DNA of 64,000 nt from Bugula neritina (lineage: Eukaryota > Animalia > Bryozoa): NCBI GenBank assembly GCA_964035545.1, contig OZ037767.1:18630259-18694258 (forward strand), written 5' to 3'. Both the position numbers and the translations under genes were made by a program. Shown here one piece after another: positions 1 to 12,700 of this stretch. The notes beneath the pieces were generated by a model. That model was not told where the DNA came from. It saw nothing but the letters and a program-made list of their open reading frames with translations, and did no database searches. Every line of letters begins with the position of its first letter. The first letter of the stretch is position 1.

Positions 1-1132
1 AATTGATTTACCAACTTTTGAAACATACAAATTTGATTTCAATTTCTTTCGTTCTATTAACAAATAAACTTGCAATGAGCCATAACACAAAAATATATTA
101 TAAGTTGAACTCTCTATTCTGAAAATATCTTTTGATGGCTGCCGTTTTCAATCGGGCTAAACTGTAAAGACTGCACCTCTCACAGTGATGGCAGCAAGAT
201 TTAAGATATTTTAAAATAACATAATATGACCTATATTTATCATCTGAACTAGCCCATGTACACTAGGCATGTGCTGCATAACCACCGGGTCACAAGCTGT
301 TCCTCTGAAGTATACCGGCACCATAAACTTCAGTTATATCTTCAAATATTGTTTTAGAATAATATAAATAAATTTGAATTGCATAACAATTGGGGGCCAA
401 ATAAAAAAGTCGCACAGGCGTATCAACTCTTATCAAATTATTATAAACAAAATACATTTATATACAATTTGGTTAAATTAGTAGAAAATGCTAAATTTAC
501 TATGGCAGTAAACAAAACATCTGTTGATGCATAACATAAAAGCATCTTATTCAGTTTATTATCTTTTATTTTGCCCATCAGTTTTATATAGTTTTTATTT
601 TACTTTAGTTTTATTCTGATCTTCCTGTGATTGAAAAATAGAACCTATATCTGACAATCAGTATAACCATGTTTGACCTAAAATTGAAATTCAAGTTCTC
701 ATCCGACACTTATCAACCGATCAACTAAAGAGTTAAAGGCACTAAAATAGTACACATGAGTTATTAAAACCAGTTCAATATGATATTTCAATTCTAAAAC
801 AAATCTAATATATTATATTAGTTATTAGTCCTAATGAGATTTCAACATCAAATTGTATTTTTGCTACAAATAAACTTGTTATAAATATCATGCACTGCAA
901 CAACAAACATATTGCCATCTAAATAATACAATTAAACATTTCATTTGATTATAGATGCAATTCACATTTAATGCGATTTCTCTTAAATGAAAAATGTTGT
1001 TACAGCTCGTGTTAAAAACTTAATATTTGCAATAGAGTGTACAATTTAAAAATGTAAAAAATAAAACATGTTCAAGAGCAGCTGCTTTTCTGAGGTGAAA
1101 TAAGATGCTTGTGTATAGTCAGCATATTATAA

Positions 1133-3848
1133 TTACACCATTTGAAGCTTTTCTTCATTTAGGGAGTTTTCTTTTCTTTCTCGCAAGTTGATCTCTAAAC
1201 AAATATTCAGATAATCTTAGCAAATTTCATTAGTAAGTTGTAATTTGTATTTGTAACTTTATGCTGATGGATAAAAAAATAATTTTGTTCAAAAGATGAT
1301 GCCTATTTTTGCCATTTGTATGCATTTATTACCCCTCATCTTTGTATATAACTATGTTGCTGCAGCTGCTTAACTTTAACTGAAAATTACCTACACAGAA
1401 TTTAGTGTTTTAGCGGTCCATATTAAAACATGGTGGATATAAAACATTATAATCAGACATCTCCAGATTAAAGTGATAAACTGTTTTTGCAGTATATATT
1501 ATTATAGCCAAAACTACATTAATACCTAGAGCTTTTCAAACATTATAAAAATTATATGAAGGAGCATACAACTGATGTTGAGCAAATCTTTTAAAGTTAC
1601 ACATGTGAAAGTTTTTTGGAAAGTTAGCATGAAATGCACAAGACAGTGCATTAATTAAACAAACACCTAAACTCATTCAATTATTTTAAAATTAACCTAA
1701 ATGTTTTTCCTTACTTACCATGATTGCCACAAAACATGCGGCTTGTTTTGTTAAATTTCCAAGCAGTCAGGATTGACATCATTATAATAAGTACAAGAAG
1801 ACAAGCTGAAACCGCAATTGGCATCATAAAGAGATTCAATTTCTTCTTGTTAAAATTGTCTGTGTGAAGATTTAAATTTTTGCTTTGCATTGAAGCCACA
1901 TGGTCAATGTTGGAGGAGGTGACTGTTGTTCTGGGTAATGAAGATGGGGTGTCCTCCACACCCTCACAATTCAGTTGAACGTATTCTAGTGAGAAACCAA
2001 CGCTAAGAATCCATCACAGTGTTTCACAGCAGTTATAATCAATGCATAGATTTTATTTATAGTTCAGTATTGTAGCAAGTGAATTTTTCTCAGTTAGGCA
2101 CTATGTATATGATAATTAACGAGGCAGCTATTGAAGTGTGCTGTTGTATTACCACGTCTTAGTGGTCTAAATGTCTACACTTTAGCCTCAGCAATCACAC
2201 ATCTTAGCCTCAGCAATCACATCAATTGGTAAAAATATCAATATTTCCGTTTTAGGTCAAAAAATAATTACTGCATCACTTTGCACTTTTTGAAAAGACT
2301 TTTATGTGTAGCATGTGTAGTAGTTCTATGTGAAAGCAAAGAGACATAACTCCTAGAATAATGTGTAGGACTTACCAGGGCAGTATGCATAGCATTTCCA
2401 GTAACTTGTAGAGTTAATCAACACGTCATTACATATTTTTGCACAGGATTTATACAACAGAAAGTGGGGGACATGGAAGCACCCTACCTCTATTGGATTA
2501 GCATCACAGTCTTTGTTGGAAAGAATAGATAATTCCCCAATGCATTTTAAAGTTATTGCCCTAAAGCATAAATAACATGTGAACATTATATTATGTATAA
2601 TTATAATATAATGTATTATTATATAATACATAATTAAATAAAGTATAATTATATAATATAAAATTACATAATGTATAATTATATAATGTATGTATAATGT
2701 ATTATAATATCATGTATAATCATATAATACATAATTATATAAAATATAATTGTATAATACATAATTATATAGTATATAATTATATAATACATAATTATAT
2801 AAAGTTTAATTATATAATATAAAATTACATAATGTATAATTATATAATGTATGTATAATGTATTATAATATCATGTATAATCATATAATACATAATTATA
2901 TAATTTATAATTCTATAATACATAATTATATAAAGTATAAGTATATAATATAAAATTACATAATGTATAATTAAATAATGTATAATTAAATAATGTATAA
3001 TTATATAATGTATAATTATATAATGTATAATTATATAATGTATAATTATATAACATAGAGAGCAGCTGTGGTCTAGGGGTTAAAGCATTTGCCTAGTAAA
3101 CACGAAGTCATGGGTTGAGGTGACACAGGCCACTGGTGATGTTAAAAAGAGCATTCAGTCAGAATTGCTCCTGTGCCCCATACATGAATAAGTCCTTAGC
3201 TCTATTTAACAAAAGCCTCTTTCATCTAGACTCTAGATTTTCCTCACAGAGATGGTGACTATAAACTTTTGTGAGTGAGTGAGTTATAATTATATAACAT
3301 GTGAATATTATATAATGCATAATTAGCATGTGAATACTTTGTAATGTACAATCATGTAACATGTGAATATTTTATAATGTATACTCATATAACATGTGAA
3401 TAATATTATGTAATTATTGAATTGAGTCTTTTAATAAAAAACACAAAAGGTGTTTCAATATTTAAATTATAAGTAGCTGTTGATAAAATTGCAGTAGAAA
3501 GGTCAGTTTTGTAATAAAACAATCACACTATGTATATAATTATTTAATTTGACACTATATATAATACAAATGTAGATTTTCAGAGATTTTGTAACCATGT
3601 GATGCATGAATACAGAAAGACTTTATACAAGTTTGCAGTGAACTATTTCAATTTTGGTTGGTGGCTAACTTCCCTAAAACAAGAGTTGACCAACTCTGGT
3701 AATACAAGAACCTTGTTATTTCAACCAAGCAAATGCTTTTATTATAGTTAAATAATAACCAATTGAACTGAGACATATAGAGTTCTGTCACCCACCTAGC
3801 AGAAAGATGTGAGACTGCCAGAACCAGAATCAATTGGAAAATAGTCAT
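1133..3848 (-). CDS. A1: type I membrane protein with 8-Cys ectodomain (candidate TNFR/Grindelwald-like), short tail
   Basis: Phase-consistent GT-AG exons: 3848-3796 (signal MTIFQLILVLAVSHLSAR), 2560-2376 (185-bp Cys exon, CIGELSILSNKDC...SCAKIC...KCYAYCP), 1985-1719 (EYVQLNC, S/T stalk, TM LFMMPIAVSACLLVLIIMMSILTAW), and a probable last exon 1194-1133 (EINLRERKENSLNEEKLQMV*). An extra exon near 1333-1390 is possible, so the 3' end is uncertain. Confidence 0.75.
2590..3055. repeat. AT-rich ~15-bp minisatellite (tataattatataatg variants)
   Basis: Visible tandem units with a higher-order duplication, inside the A1 intron. Confidence 0.85.
3059..3285 (+). mobile_element. tRNA-derived SINE, family 1
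   Basis: tRNA-like head (GTGGTCTAGGGGTTAAAGC) and body shared with the copies at 7121, 30340, 40725, 48296, 56375 and 59417; 3' (GAGT)n tail. Confidence 0.8.
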
Positions 3849-5771
3849 GTTGACTGAGGAACCACTTGTTGAACTGAAAGATAAGTAAAGTATGGTATGG
3901 TATTAGCTGCAGCACTGCCGTAACTCGCTCTGTAATCAAGGCAGCATATTTGTGTATCAATTCTTTATGTTAGATGTGCTGATGAAATAATTATCAAACA
4001 TAATGATGTCATAACCTTTTATGTTCTTAACAACATATTATATGCATAGATGAATTGATTTTGCTGCCAGTGCCTATATATTGTACATTGTACAATATAC
4101 TATACAGCTAGTAGTAAGCCAAAATGCTTCTAACAGTTTCTAAGCCTCTATCGATTGCAATCACATACAAGAGCACATAGGCATTTAGCAAACTAAATGT
4201 GTGTACTTTGCACCTTGGAATACAAATGAAACTGAATCCCAAGTTTGAATACAGCCATAGCGTCCAATACCCAGTCAGACTGTTTAGCTCTGAAGCCTAC
4301 AAATTCTTCTCAAGCTTTTCGACCATCAACTTATATCCTGCTATGAGCAGAATTGATTCAACTGCCTATTTGTAATATATTTCCTGTTACATATCAATAC
4401 AAAAGTAGTCTAGTAATTAGGTCGAAGTATATACAACATATATAAGTTCTGTCTAGTCATTTCCCTTGCTATCAAAACACTACATGCACCCAAATTAGTG
4501 TACCTGCCATTGTGAATTATACACACCACCTACTGTAATAGTATTTTTGCTAGTTAAACTGTGTGTTATTTCAATGAAATAATTGTTATCTTACCACAAA
4601 CCCATCTCTGACCAACAAAATATGACAGTCCTATTTGGCTAGCACAGGCTCAGTCTGTTAATACTACAAGTGAGTATTCACTTTCAAAAAGGAAAGCTGT
4701 TACTAAACATTACAAACTTATTATGCAACCCTACACATATTGCAAAACTTCCCATTAATGAGTATATGTATTTTTTGCCACATTAGATCATGGAATTTCC
4801 AATTTCAATTGGAAGCTTCCATATCACTAGTTTGATAAATGCATTCAGTGTTCGTGTCAGTGCAAGTAGCTAATTTGGGTCAGTTTGAAAGCAAAAACTA
4901 AAGGTAAAGTCTGCCAATTATTATTTTCAAAGAGACCATTAGAATATTAGAACACAGTCATTATAAAGCAGTTACAACTATTTACCAATGCTATTTACTT
5001 GATTTCGATTTTTTTTGTGTTTGAAAAATAAGAACACGGAATGTACAAAGAAAAAAAATTACAATTTATATTCACACTGAATTATTCCATCTAGCCATAC
5101 ACCCGAAATATCTCAAATAACATTATTATGGCCTTTAGAAGGATGTTTCATGAAGAAAAATGATATGAGTGAAACTGAAACATATTCAGAGTTGATTTAT
5201 AGACAGTCTAGGAAAAAGTATCAAAAACTATTCTAATAAAAAGTAAATGATATAAGATGGAACATAATACAAACCATTAAGTGGGTACAGATAAAAACAT
5301 ATTAAAATATAATCATGTTGTGACCGTGACAAAGGTGGACAGTGATTTTTGTAAAGTTAATGTTATAGTAAAATTTGCTAATGTAAAAATTAAACGACTT
5401 GAATTTTTGCATATTTTTTGGTCCAAACATTAAAAGAAGATCACTTAAATAAAAACTAAAGTACAGATTATATAGAACTTGCATTACTATAACTCGAATA
5501 ATCACTATAACTTGTTTTTTCTTTGGCTTTACACCACGGAGTTACTTGTTGCTTTCACAATCTGCACGATGTACAGCTATGACTAACACAGATCAGGTGT
5601 TAGAACAAAACTTCCTAGAGACTGTTATGTAGTCCTGAAGTATATAATGCAGTGAGATTGATGCCAAATACTACTAAGTATTGATGTTTTGTATTAGCAT
5701 GAGTCGTGGCACTAAGTAGAATTGAAGTAGGAATATCAAAGTTCACAGTAGTCTAAAGTAGCTATCTTAAA

Positions 5772-8700
5772 CTACGGAAACTTTTCACTGTCACTTCTCT
5801 GACTGTCAACAGGCGAAGACGGAGTTACTGGATCAAATGTTGGTGTTTGAGGAGGCAAAGGAGGTCCAGGGTCTTGCCCGGAGAATTCCCCTGTACACAT
5901 GACTGAAGCATTTACTCTGGAATTTCCATTACCGTCAGTCTGAGAAGAGCTGGCAAAAGCAAGCGGTGTGCTGGTCAGACTTCTGTCTCTCCTATCATGA
6001 CAGCTTCCAGCAGGTGGACATTGTGAAGCAGAAGTTGAAGCATATGGGTGACTGGTGACACTTTTGTTGGGTGATATGTCAACTGTCAGTTTGGTGACAG
6101 CTGTCAGCTTGGTGTCAGCTGTCGGACTCTGTGACAGCGGAGATTCAGATTCTGGGAAAGAAAAGCAGGACTCCTGGGTTGGAGTGACTGGACGCGGGTT
6201 TGGCAGGTACTGGTTTGAATCTAAGTTCGAGTTTGTGCCGGTACAGAGTTTTGGGTAGGGAGGAATTAGCTGAGTCTCTGAAATTGACAAAAGAAGCTAA
6301 GTTCAACAATAACTAAGGCTACACTTTAGCCTTTTCGAACTGATAGACAATTTTTAAACTGCATTCTTGCGATGAGGTAATGTTGACCAAGCATTGTACC
6401 AATGAGGTTACAACTGCGCAATCATCAAAGTTCACACTATACAAGTGTAATAGTATAAAGCACTACTAGTATATCACCTGCGAACTGCAAAATACATTAA
6501 GTAAATCTTTTATTTTGCTCACATTATTTTTATAGGCAATGCTACCACAATGCCCGCAGTAAAGTTGTCTGTTACCTGCGTTAGCATTTTCCAAATTCTC
6601 TGCGACTTCTGGATTCAAATTACGCAACTCTATACCCCTTTCCAGACCTTCAGAATTTGGTGGTAAATCTGAAATAGTTAAACAAACGAATAACCACTGC
6701 ATTGCTCTCTAACGAACATGTGCTCTCACACATACTAGACTATGCAGAAACCCGCAGTATTCACACAGAGATGCATATGTTGGGCTGTCATAGATAGGAA
6801 AGTACGGGGAATGAAGAAATCTCACAATTCTGTCAAAATGCACAAAACATCATCACTAGTTGGTAGCTGAAGCTCTTTGTACCAAAAGTTTCATTTAATC
6901 ACTGTTCATTCAAGGACACTATTGGTGTTAGGTTATGATCTGCTTTTGTATAACGGTCTTACTTCTCTTTCTGTGACGACGGAGCAGGTAAATGGCAATG
7001 ACTACTACAAGGGTTAGTGCGAAACCTCCAACCACAGTACCAGCCACAGTAGCAGTTGCTAAAATATAGCAAAGTTGAGATATTCTTTAGCAAGCAACAA
7101 AATCACAGCACAAATACCAATTTTTTTTTCACGCAAGTTTATAGTCATTATCCCTGTGAGAAACCCCTGATAGAAAGGGTTTTTGTTAAAGCAGGCTAAG
7201 GACTTATTTAAATGAGGCACAGGAGCAATGACTGGACGCTCTTCCTAACATCACCAATGGCCTTTGTCTGGGCTCGAACCCATGACCTTCGTGTTTACTA
7301 GGCAAACGCTCTAACCCCTAGACCACCGCTGCTCCCAAATACCAACATTATAATGTATATAAAATAGAAAGCAATGCAATATGGCACAAAACATAACAAG
7401 TCTGTGAAATAAAGACAATTGTGCAGCAATGTAATACAGTATACAATGTACTAAAATACAATACAGCAATGCAGAGCACTAACTTACGCAGCAATGCACA
7501 ATACAATGCATGCAGTACAATACAATGCAGTAAAATGCAGAGCAATGTGAAGCAACATAGTAAATTGTAGTGCAATGTCCCTATAGATCCAAAATTATAT
7601 GCTATTTATTCTTCTCCCAACTGATTCCGATTCAAAACAAACTTCAGGTAACTTAAAGGTGGCACAAGTTTCAGCGAGTCAGAAGACAAAACACAACTCC
7701 AAACAACATTTAATTTAGTTGTTATCTTCCACTCACAATTGGGGGTTTTCTTGGTATTATCTCTACTTTCTCCTACTCTGGGTTTTGAAAAAACAGAGTC
7801 AGTTGTAACTGTTGTTTTAGCTGCTACCGGAAGAGAGGTTACGGCATCAGTAGTCAACTCCCCTGGCAGCACTTTATCACAGGTATTCTTCGGACTGGAG
7901 AAATATCCTGAATGAATGCAATATATCACCTTCTATATATTACCTAATACACTGCTCAAAGCCTTGATTCTGTAAAACTATGCAACTAATACCAATCTAT
8001 GAAGAAAATTGGCACAAAAGTTCACAGCTTCATCAAAACAAAATACAATCACACTTACAGAACACCTACAGATACACAGAGCTTTCCATGACTTTGTATT
8101 ATGCAAATGGATGCTCATATGGATAAATTTGTGGTTGTGGTTTGCATTACCTAATGGTTGTGGTTTCATTCAATGCAAATGTTTCCAAACATTGAATGAA
8201 AAATCTATTCGAATAATGCACAGCTTGGAAATTTAGAGTATGAGTAAATCACACACATGAGTTTCAGTGAACAATTCTTAACTGGAATAGCGGATATTAA
8301 GTTTTAAACTGTTAAACCAAAATGGAAAAACGTTTATCCCCTTAATTTAAATATCAACATTCCAAACAATCTATGATACAGCTCTACTATTCATGTAGCC
8401 AATGAACAGTGGAGTCTACAGTGTGCAATGAAAGTAGGTCAAACGTATGACATAATGACAATGCAATGGCAGATAAGTGGGACAAAAATATATCAGTAAA
8501 CTAAATGTTGAGCAACTGGTAGTAAGCCCATGGGGCATAGAAGATATCTCAATTATTTTGAGCACAGAGAAAAATTGTTTTCCAGCACTGGTTTCTTGTG
8601 TTAAACAAAAATAATAATTACATTAAATGTAGTTATGATCAACTTATCAACTTATTTGTAAAGTTACTGCACACATAAAATTTATAAGTTGCTGTGAATG

Positions 8701-8910
8701 TTACTGTTACTATGGCAACGCCTACCAGGGCAAGATGATAAACATTGACTCTCCTTTATAGAGCCAAATACCACACCATTGCACAACCCACTGCAGCTTC
8801 TAAACTGAGAGAAGTGCTCAATATAGTAACAGGCATCGACGTCTTCGTGACCGTGAGTTTGGCAGTAAGCGTTGTCTAGTTTACTAAGTGGTCCTGTGCA
8901 CTTCCACACC
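5772..8910 (-). CDS. A2: type I membrane protein, 8-Cys ectodomain, S/T stalk, long Ser/Pro-rich tail with PTQES
   Basis: Exons 8910-8726 (185 bp, Cys module), 7907-7737 (GYFSSPKNTC + stalk), 7058-6963 (TM TVAGTVVGGFALTLVVVIAIYLL-RRHRKR), 6668-6576 and 6277-5772. All junctions are GT-AG and phase-consistent. The signal-peptide exon probably lies at ~14738-14785, beyond the LINE. Confidence 0.8.
7121..7336 (-). mobile_element. tRNA-derived SINE, family 1, with poly(A) tail and TSD
   Basis: A/B-box-like head (TGGTCTAGGGGTTAG...GGTTCGAGCCC) on the minus strand, A-tail, TSD AAATACCAA at 7112-7120 and 7337-7345. Confidence 0.9.
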
Positions 8911-9209
8911 CTACAATCACAGCTGTGCCGTTAAACTTAGTCCCAGATACCAAGTAATCACAGTATTACATATCTACACACTGTGAATTGAGAATATAAC
9001 TCTGCTTTATTTTCTTGCAAGTAGATAGCACTGAAAGCAAAACTGGTATCTTTACAGCCACAACCAAACTTTATAAATATAGAAGCTTAATTGTGTCACT
9101 AATAATGACAATTGAACTTTTTCAACACTTTGCAGTGATTTGACTTTGTTTTCAGATTTTTAGTTTAGAAATTTACATTATAGTTATATGTGTAGTGTTG
9201 AGAGTAGTC

Positions 9210-9445
9210 AGTAGCCTATGTGGTGTAATAGTTAGCACACCTGCTTGCAAGTCTGAAATCTCGGGTTCGAATCCTAGTGTGGGCAATTATTTTACAATAT
9301 GATTACTTACTCTTTACTACTGGCTTCTGTGACATCAAGAAAAATAAGTAGCAAACAGGATAAAGCCGGCAGTTGTGACAAACCTTTCTGGATTCTCATT
9401 TTAGCACCTGTAATGAGGCAACAGTCTATATTTCGTAAAAAAAAA
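9210..9445 (+). mobile_element. tRNA-derived SINE, family 2
   Basis: Head GTGGTGTAATAGTTAGC...GGGTTCGAATCC; related heads at ~48848-48930, ~56910-57090 (split by a microsatellite) and ~59825-59910. Confidence 0.6.
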
Positions 9446-9714
9446 TCTTTAAATAGTTAATTATTATGTATACAACTGAACTTAGGATTTCCAATAAACC
9501 AAATGCATACAAAGCTAATGCTTATATTGTTCACAGTATCATATAGTGATTACTAGTTACTTGTATCTAGGCTTACTAGATTGACTATTGTTTAACTACC
9601 AGTTATCAAGTGATCATTATCAATATGAATATCAATATAAATGTTTGTGCAAAAACATTGTGTTTGTCGTTGTGTAAAAATAAATTTCATTTTGAATATT
9701 TCAAGTTAATTAGT

Positions 9715-12700
9715 CTCTCTCTCTCTTGCAGTCAGTCGATACGACTATGACTGTTTTATGGATTAAGCTTAGATTTGGTTGCAGCTCTCCACACAGCTCT
9801 GTTGTCAGCTGTCTGCTGCCATGAACTCAAGTTTATTGCTCTCCATTTCATATTCCTCTTAGCAACATCTTTAAGTCTGAGTCTAGGTCGCCCTGTATTT
9901 CTTTTACCCTCTTTCAGCTGAGAGTAGAGCAATTGTCTTGGTAGCCGGCTATGTTCCATCCTGTGCACATGGCCTAGCCATCTCAAGTTCTTTTCTATAA
10001 GGATGTCGGCCATGCTTGGCAAATTGGCACGTCTTAATATTTCTTCATTCGTAACTTTGTCATACCATTTTACAGCCATTATGTCTCTCAGTTGCCTCAT
10101 CATGAAAGCGCTTAGCTTCTTTACCTGTGTCCTGTATATTGTCCATGTTTCTGCTCCATACAGCAGGCTTGAGAGCACCACCGCTCTGTAGACTTTACAC
10201 TTTACCCTGATGGATACATGTCTGTTGTTCCAGAGTCTCTGCTGCAGCTTACCGTAAGCCGCACTTGCTTTGCCTAGTCTGTTCCGTAGCTCTTTATCTA
10301 TTTTTGCCGTACAGGAAACAGTGCTTCCTAGATAAGTAAAGTCTGAGGCAAGTACAACTGGTTCTTGATCTATCATGACAACTTCAGGTTCAAGTGGAGG
10401 GTGGATGAGTTTGATTGGCTGGTACATGCATTCTGTCTTTTTTATGTTGATTTTTAAGCTAAACTGAGCCGCTGCTTTTGCAAAGTTGTTCACTAGCACT
10501 TGCATATCTGCAGCGCAATGTGCCACCAAAGCACTGTCATCAGCAAACAACATCTCTCTGACTAGGTGTTTGGTAGTACGGGTCTTAGACTTGAACTGAG
10601 CCACATCAAAGAGGTCAGCCCCATGTCGAGTTTGAATATAAATCCCTTCATTTACATTTTGAAATGCCACCTCAAGCATAGCGGTCAAGTATAATGAAAA
10701 TAGTGTTGGCGCAAGAATACACCCCTGCTTGACACCATTGGTTACTGCAAACTCATTTGAAGCATCTCTACCTTGCACTACCTTGGCTTGCATGCCTGCA
10801 TGAAGAGCTTTTATCAGGTTGGTGACCTTCTCAGTTAAGCCAAACTTCTTCAGTACCCTCCAGAGGCCATCTCTTGATACTGTATCAAAGGCTTTTGTAA
10901 AGTCTATAAATACAGCATACAGCTCCATGTTTTGTTCAGCACATTTTTCTTGAATTTGGCGAAAGCTAAATATCATATCAATGGTGCTCCTGCTGTTTCG
11001 AAAGCCACACTGTGTTTCTGGAAGTATTCCTGGAGTTGTATTTACATTGATTTTGTTGAGGATGATACGGGCCATAATCTTTCCAGCTATAGACAAAAGC
11101 GAGATTCCTCTATAATTACCACAGTCCTTCCTACTACCCTTTTTAAAAATGGGCATAATGTTCGCATTTTTCCAGTTCTGTGGCATCTTCTCATTACTCC
11201 ATATATAAGCAATCAGATCATATAGTCTCTCTTTAAGCCTGATTCCACCGTACTTCCACACCTCAGCTGGAATGCCAAATTCTCCAGGAGATTTATTCTC
11301 CTTGGTTGCATCTATAGCATCCAGAAGCTCATCAAAACTTGGCATATCATCTAGGCTTAATTTGGGTGGCATATTTTTGAGACTATTGAGAGCTTCCTGA
11401 TCCACTTCCCCTGGTACATTCAGCAACAGGTCAAAATGTTGGGCGAACCTTTTTAAGGTATCATTCTTTGCTGTAAGTACTGTTTTACCACTTTGGTCCA
11501 GCAATTGGGCAATTCCCCTGTTCTGTGGCCCATAGACTTCTCTAAGGCCATTGTAAAATGCCTTCATGTTGTTTTTATCAGCTGCCTGTTGGAGTGATTT
11601 TGCTTTTTCCTCCCACCATTGAGACTCTTTCCCTCGAGTGTATTTTTGCAACTTGCTGCGTGCTTGCGCTAATCGGTCAGTGCTACTTCTTGTTCTTCTT
11701 TGTAGTGCTTTTGATTTAGCCTTATTTCGTTCATTAAGTAATGCATTCAGCTTTGCATCATTGTCATCAAACCAATCTTGATGCTTTCTTTCTGCTTTAC
11801 CTAAGACTTTGGTAGCTGTGTTGAAGGCTGAGATCTTTAACCTTTCCCATCTCTCTTCTAAGGTTACACCATCATCATCTCTATAGTCCATTGCCTTATC
11901 CATCTGTTTCTGAAACTCCTGTAGCATATCCTGATTTTGTGGTTTCCCCACATTCAGTTTGCATGCGGAGTTCCCTCTTGTCTTGTTCTTTGCTTTCCTT
12001 AATGCAAATGCTAGCTTGGACCTGATCATGATATGGTCAGTTGAGCAATCAGCACCTCTCATTGCCCTAGTACCTAGCACATCATGCTGGTCTTTCCGTC
12101 TTGTAATCACATAATCGAGGAGGTGCCAATGCTGAGAATGTGGGTGCATCCAGGTGACTTTATGATGCTGCCTGTGCTTAAATACTGTGTTCGTGATAAC
12201 AAGCTGGTATTCAGAACAGAATGCCAGTAGCAGCTCTCCATTTGTGTTACATTTTCCAATTCCTTGATTACCAATAACGCCTGGCCAATTTTGAGCTTCA
12301 CACCCTACTCTTGCATTAAAGTCACCGGCTATAATCAGTTTGTCTGTGATGGATATATTCTTTACTGTTTCTCTCAATTTATTGTAAAACTCCTCTTTCT
12401 TTTCTTCCGTATTTGTCATTGTTGGAGCGTAAGCACTCACTATTGTCACATAATGATTCTTTTTCAGTGGAAGTCTCATGCTTATAATTCTATCACTTAT
12501 TGCTGTTGGTTCTTGCTCTAGATAAGGCATAATTGTATTCCTGATAGCAAACCCCACCCCTGATTCTCTTCTTTCTTCCTCGCCTTTTCCACTCCAAAAG
12601 AATGTGTACCCATTATCAACAAGGCTATCATTCAGGGCAAGCCGAGTTTCACACAAAGCTGCAATGTCGATATCATATCGGCCCAGCTCTTTTGCAACAA

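Noticed and set aside
9215-9285. tRNA-like sequences (also the heads at 3059, 7336, 40725 and 48296)
   Set aside because: Degenerate stems, each followed by a shared non-tRNA body; these are SINE heads, not tRNA genes.
9715-9760. Idea that SINE family 1 shares its 3' end with the RTE LINE
   Set aside because: No evident similarity between the LINE 3' UTR/(GA)n tail and the SINE end GACTATAAACTT.
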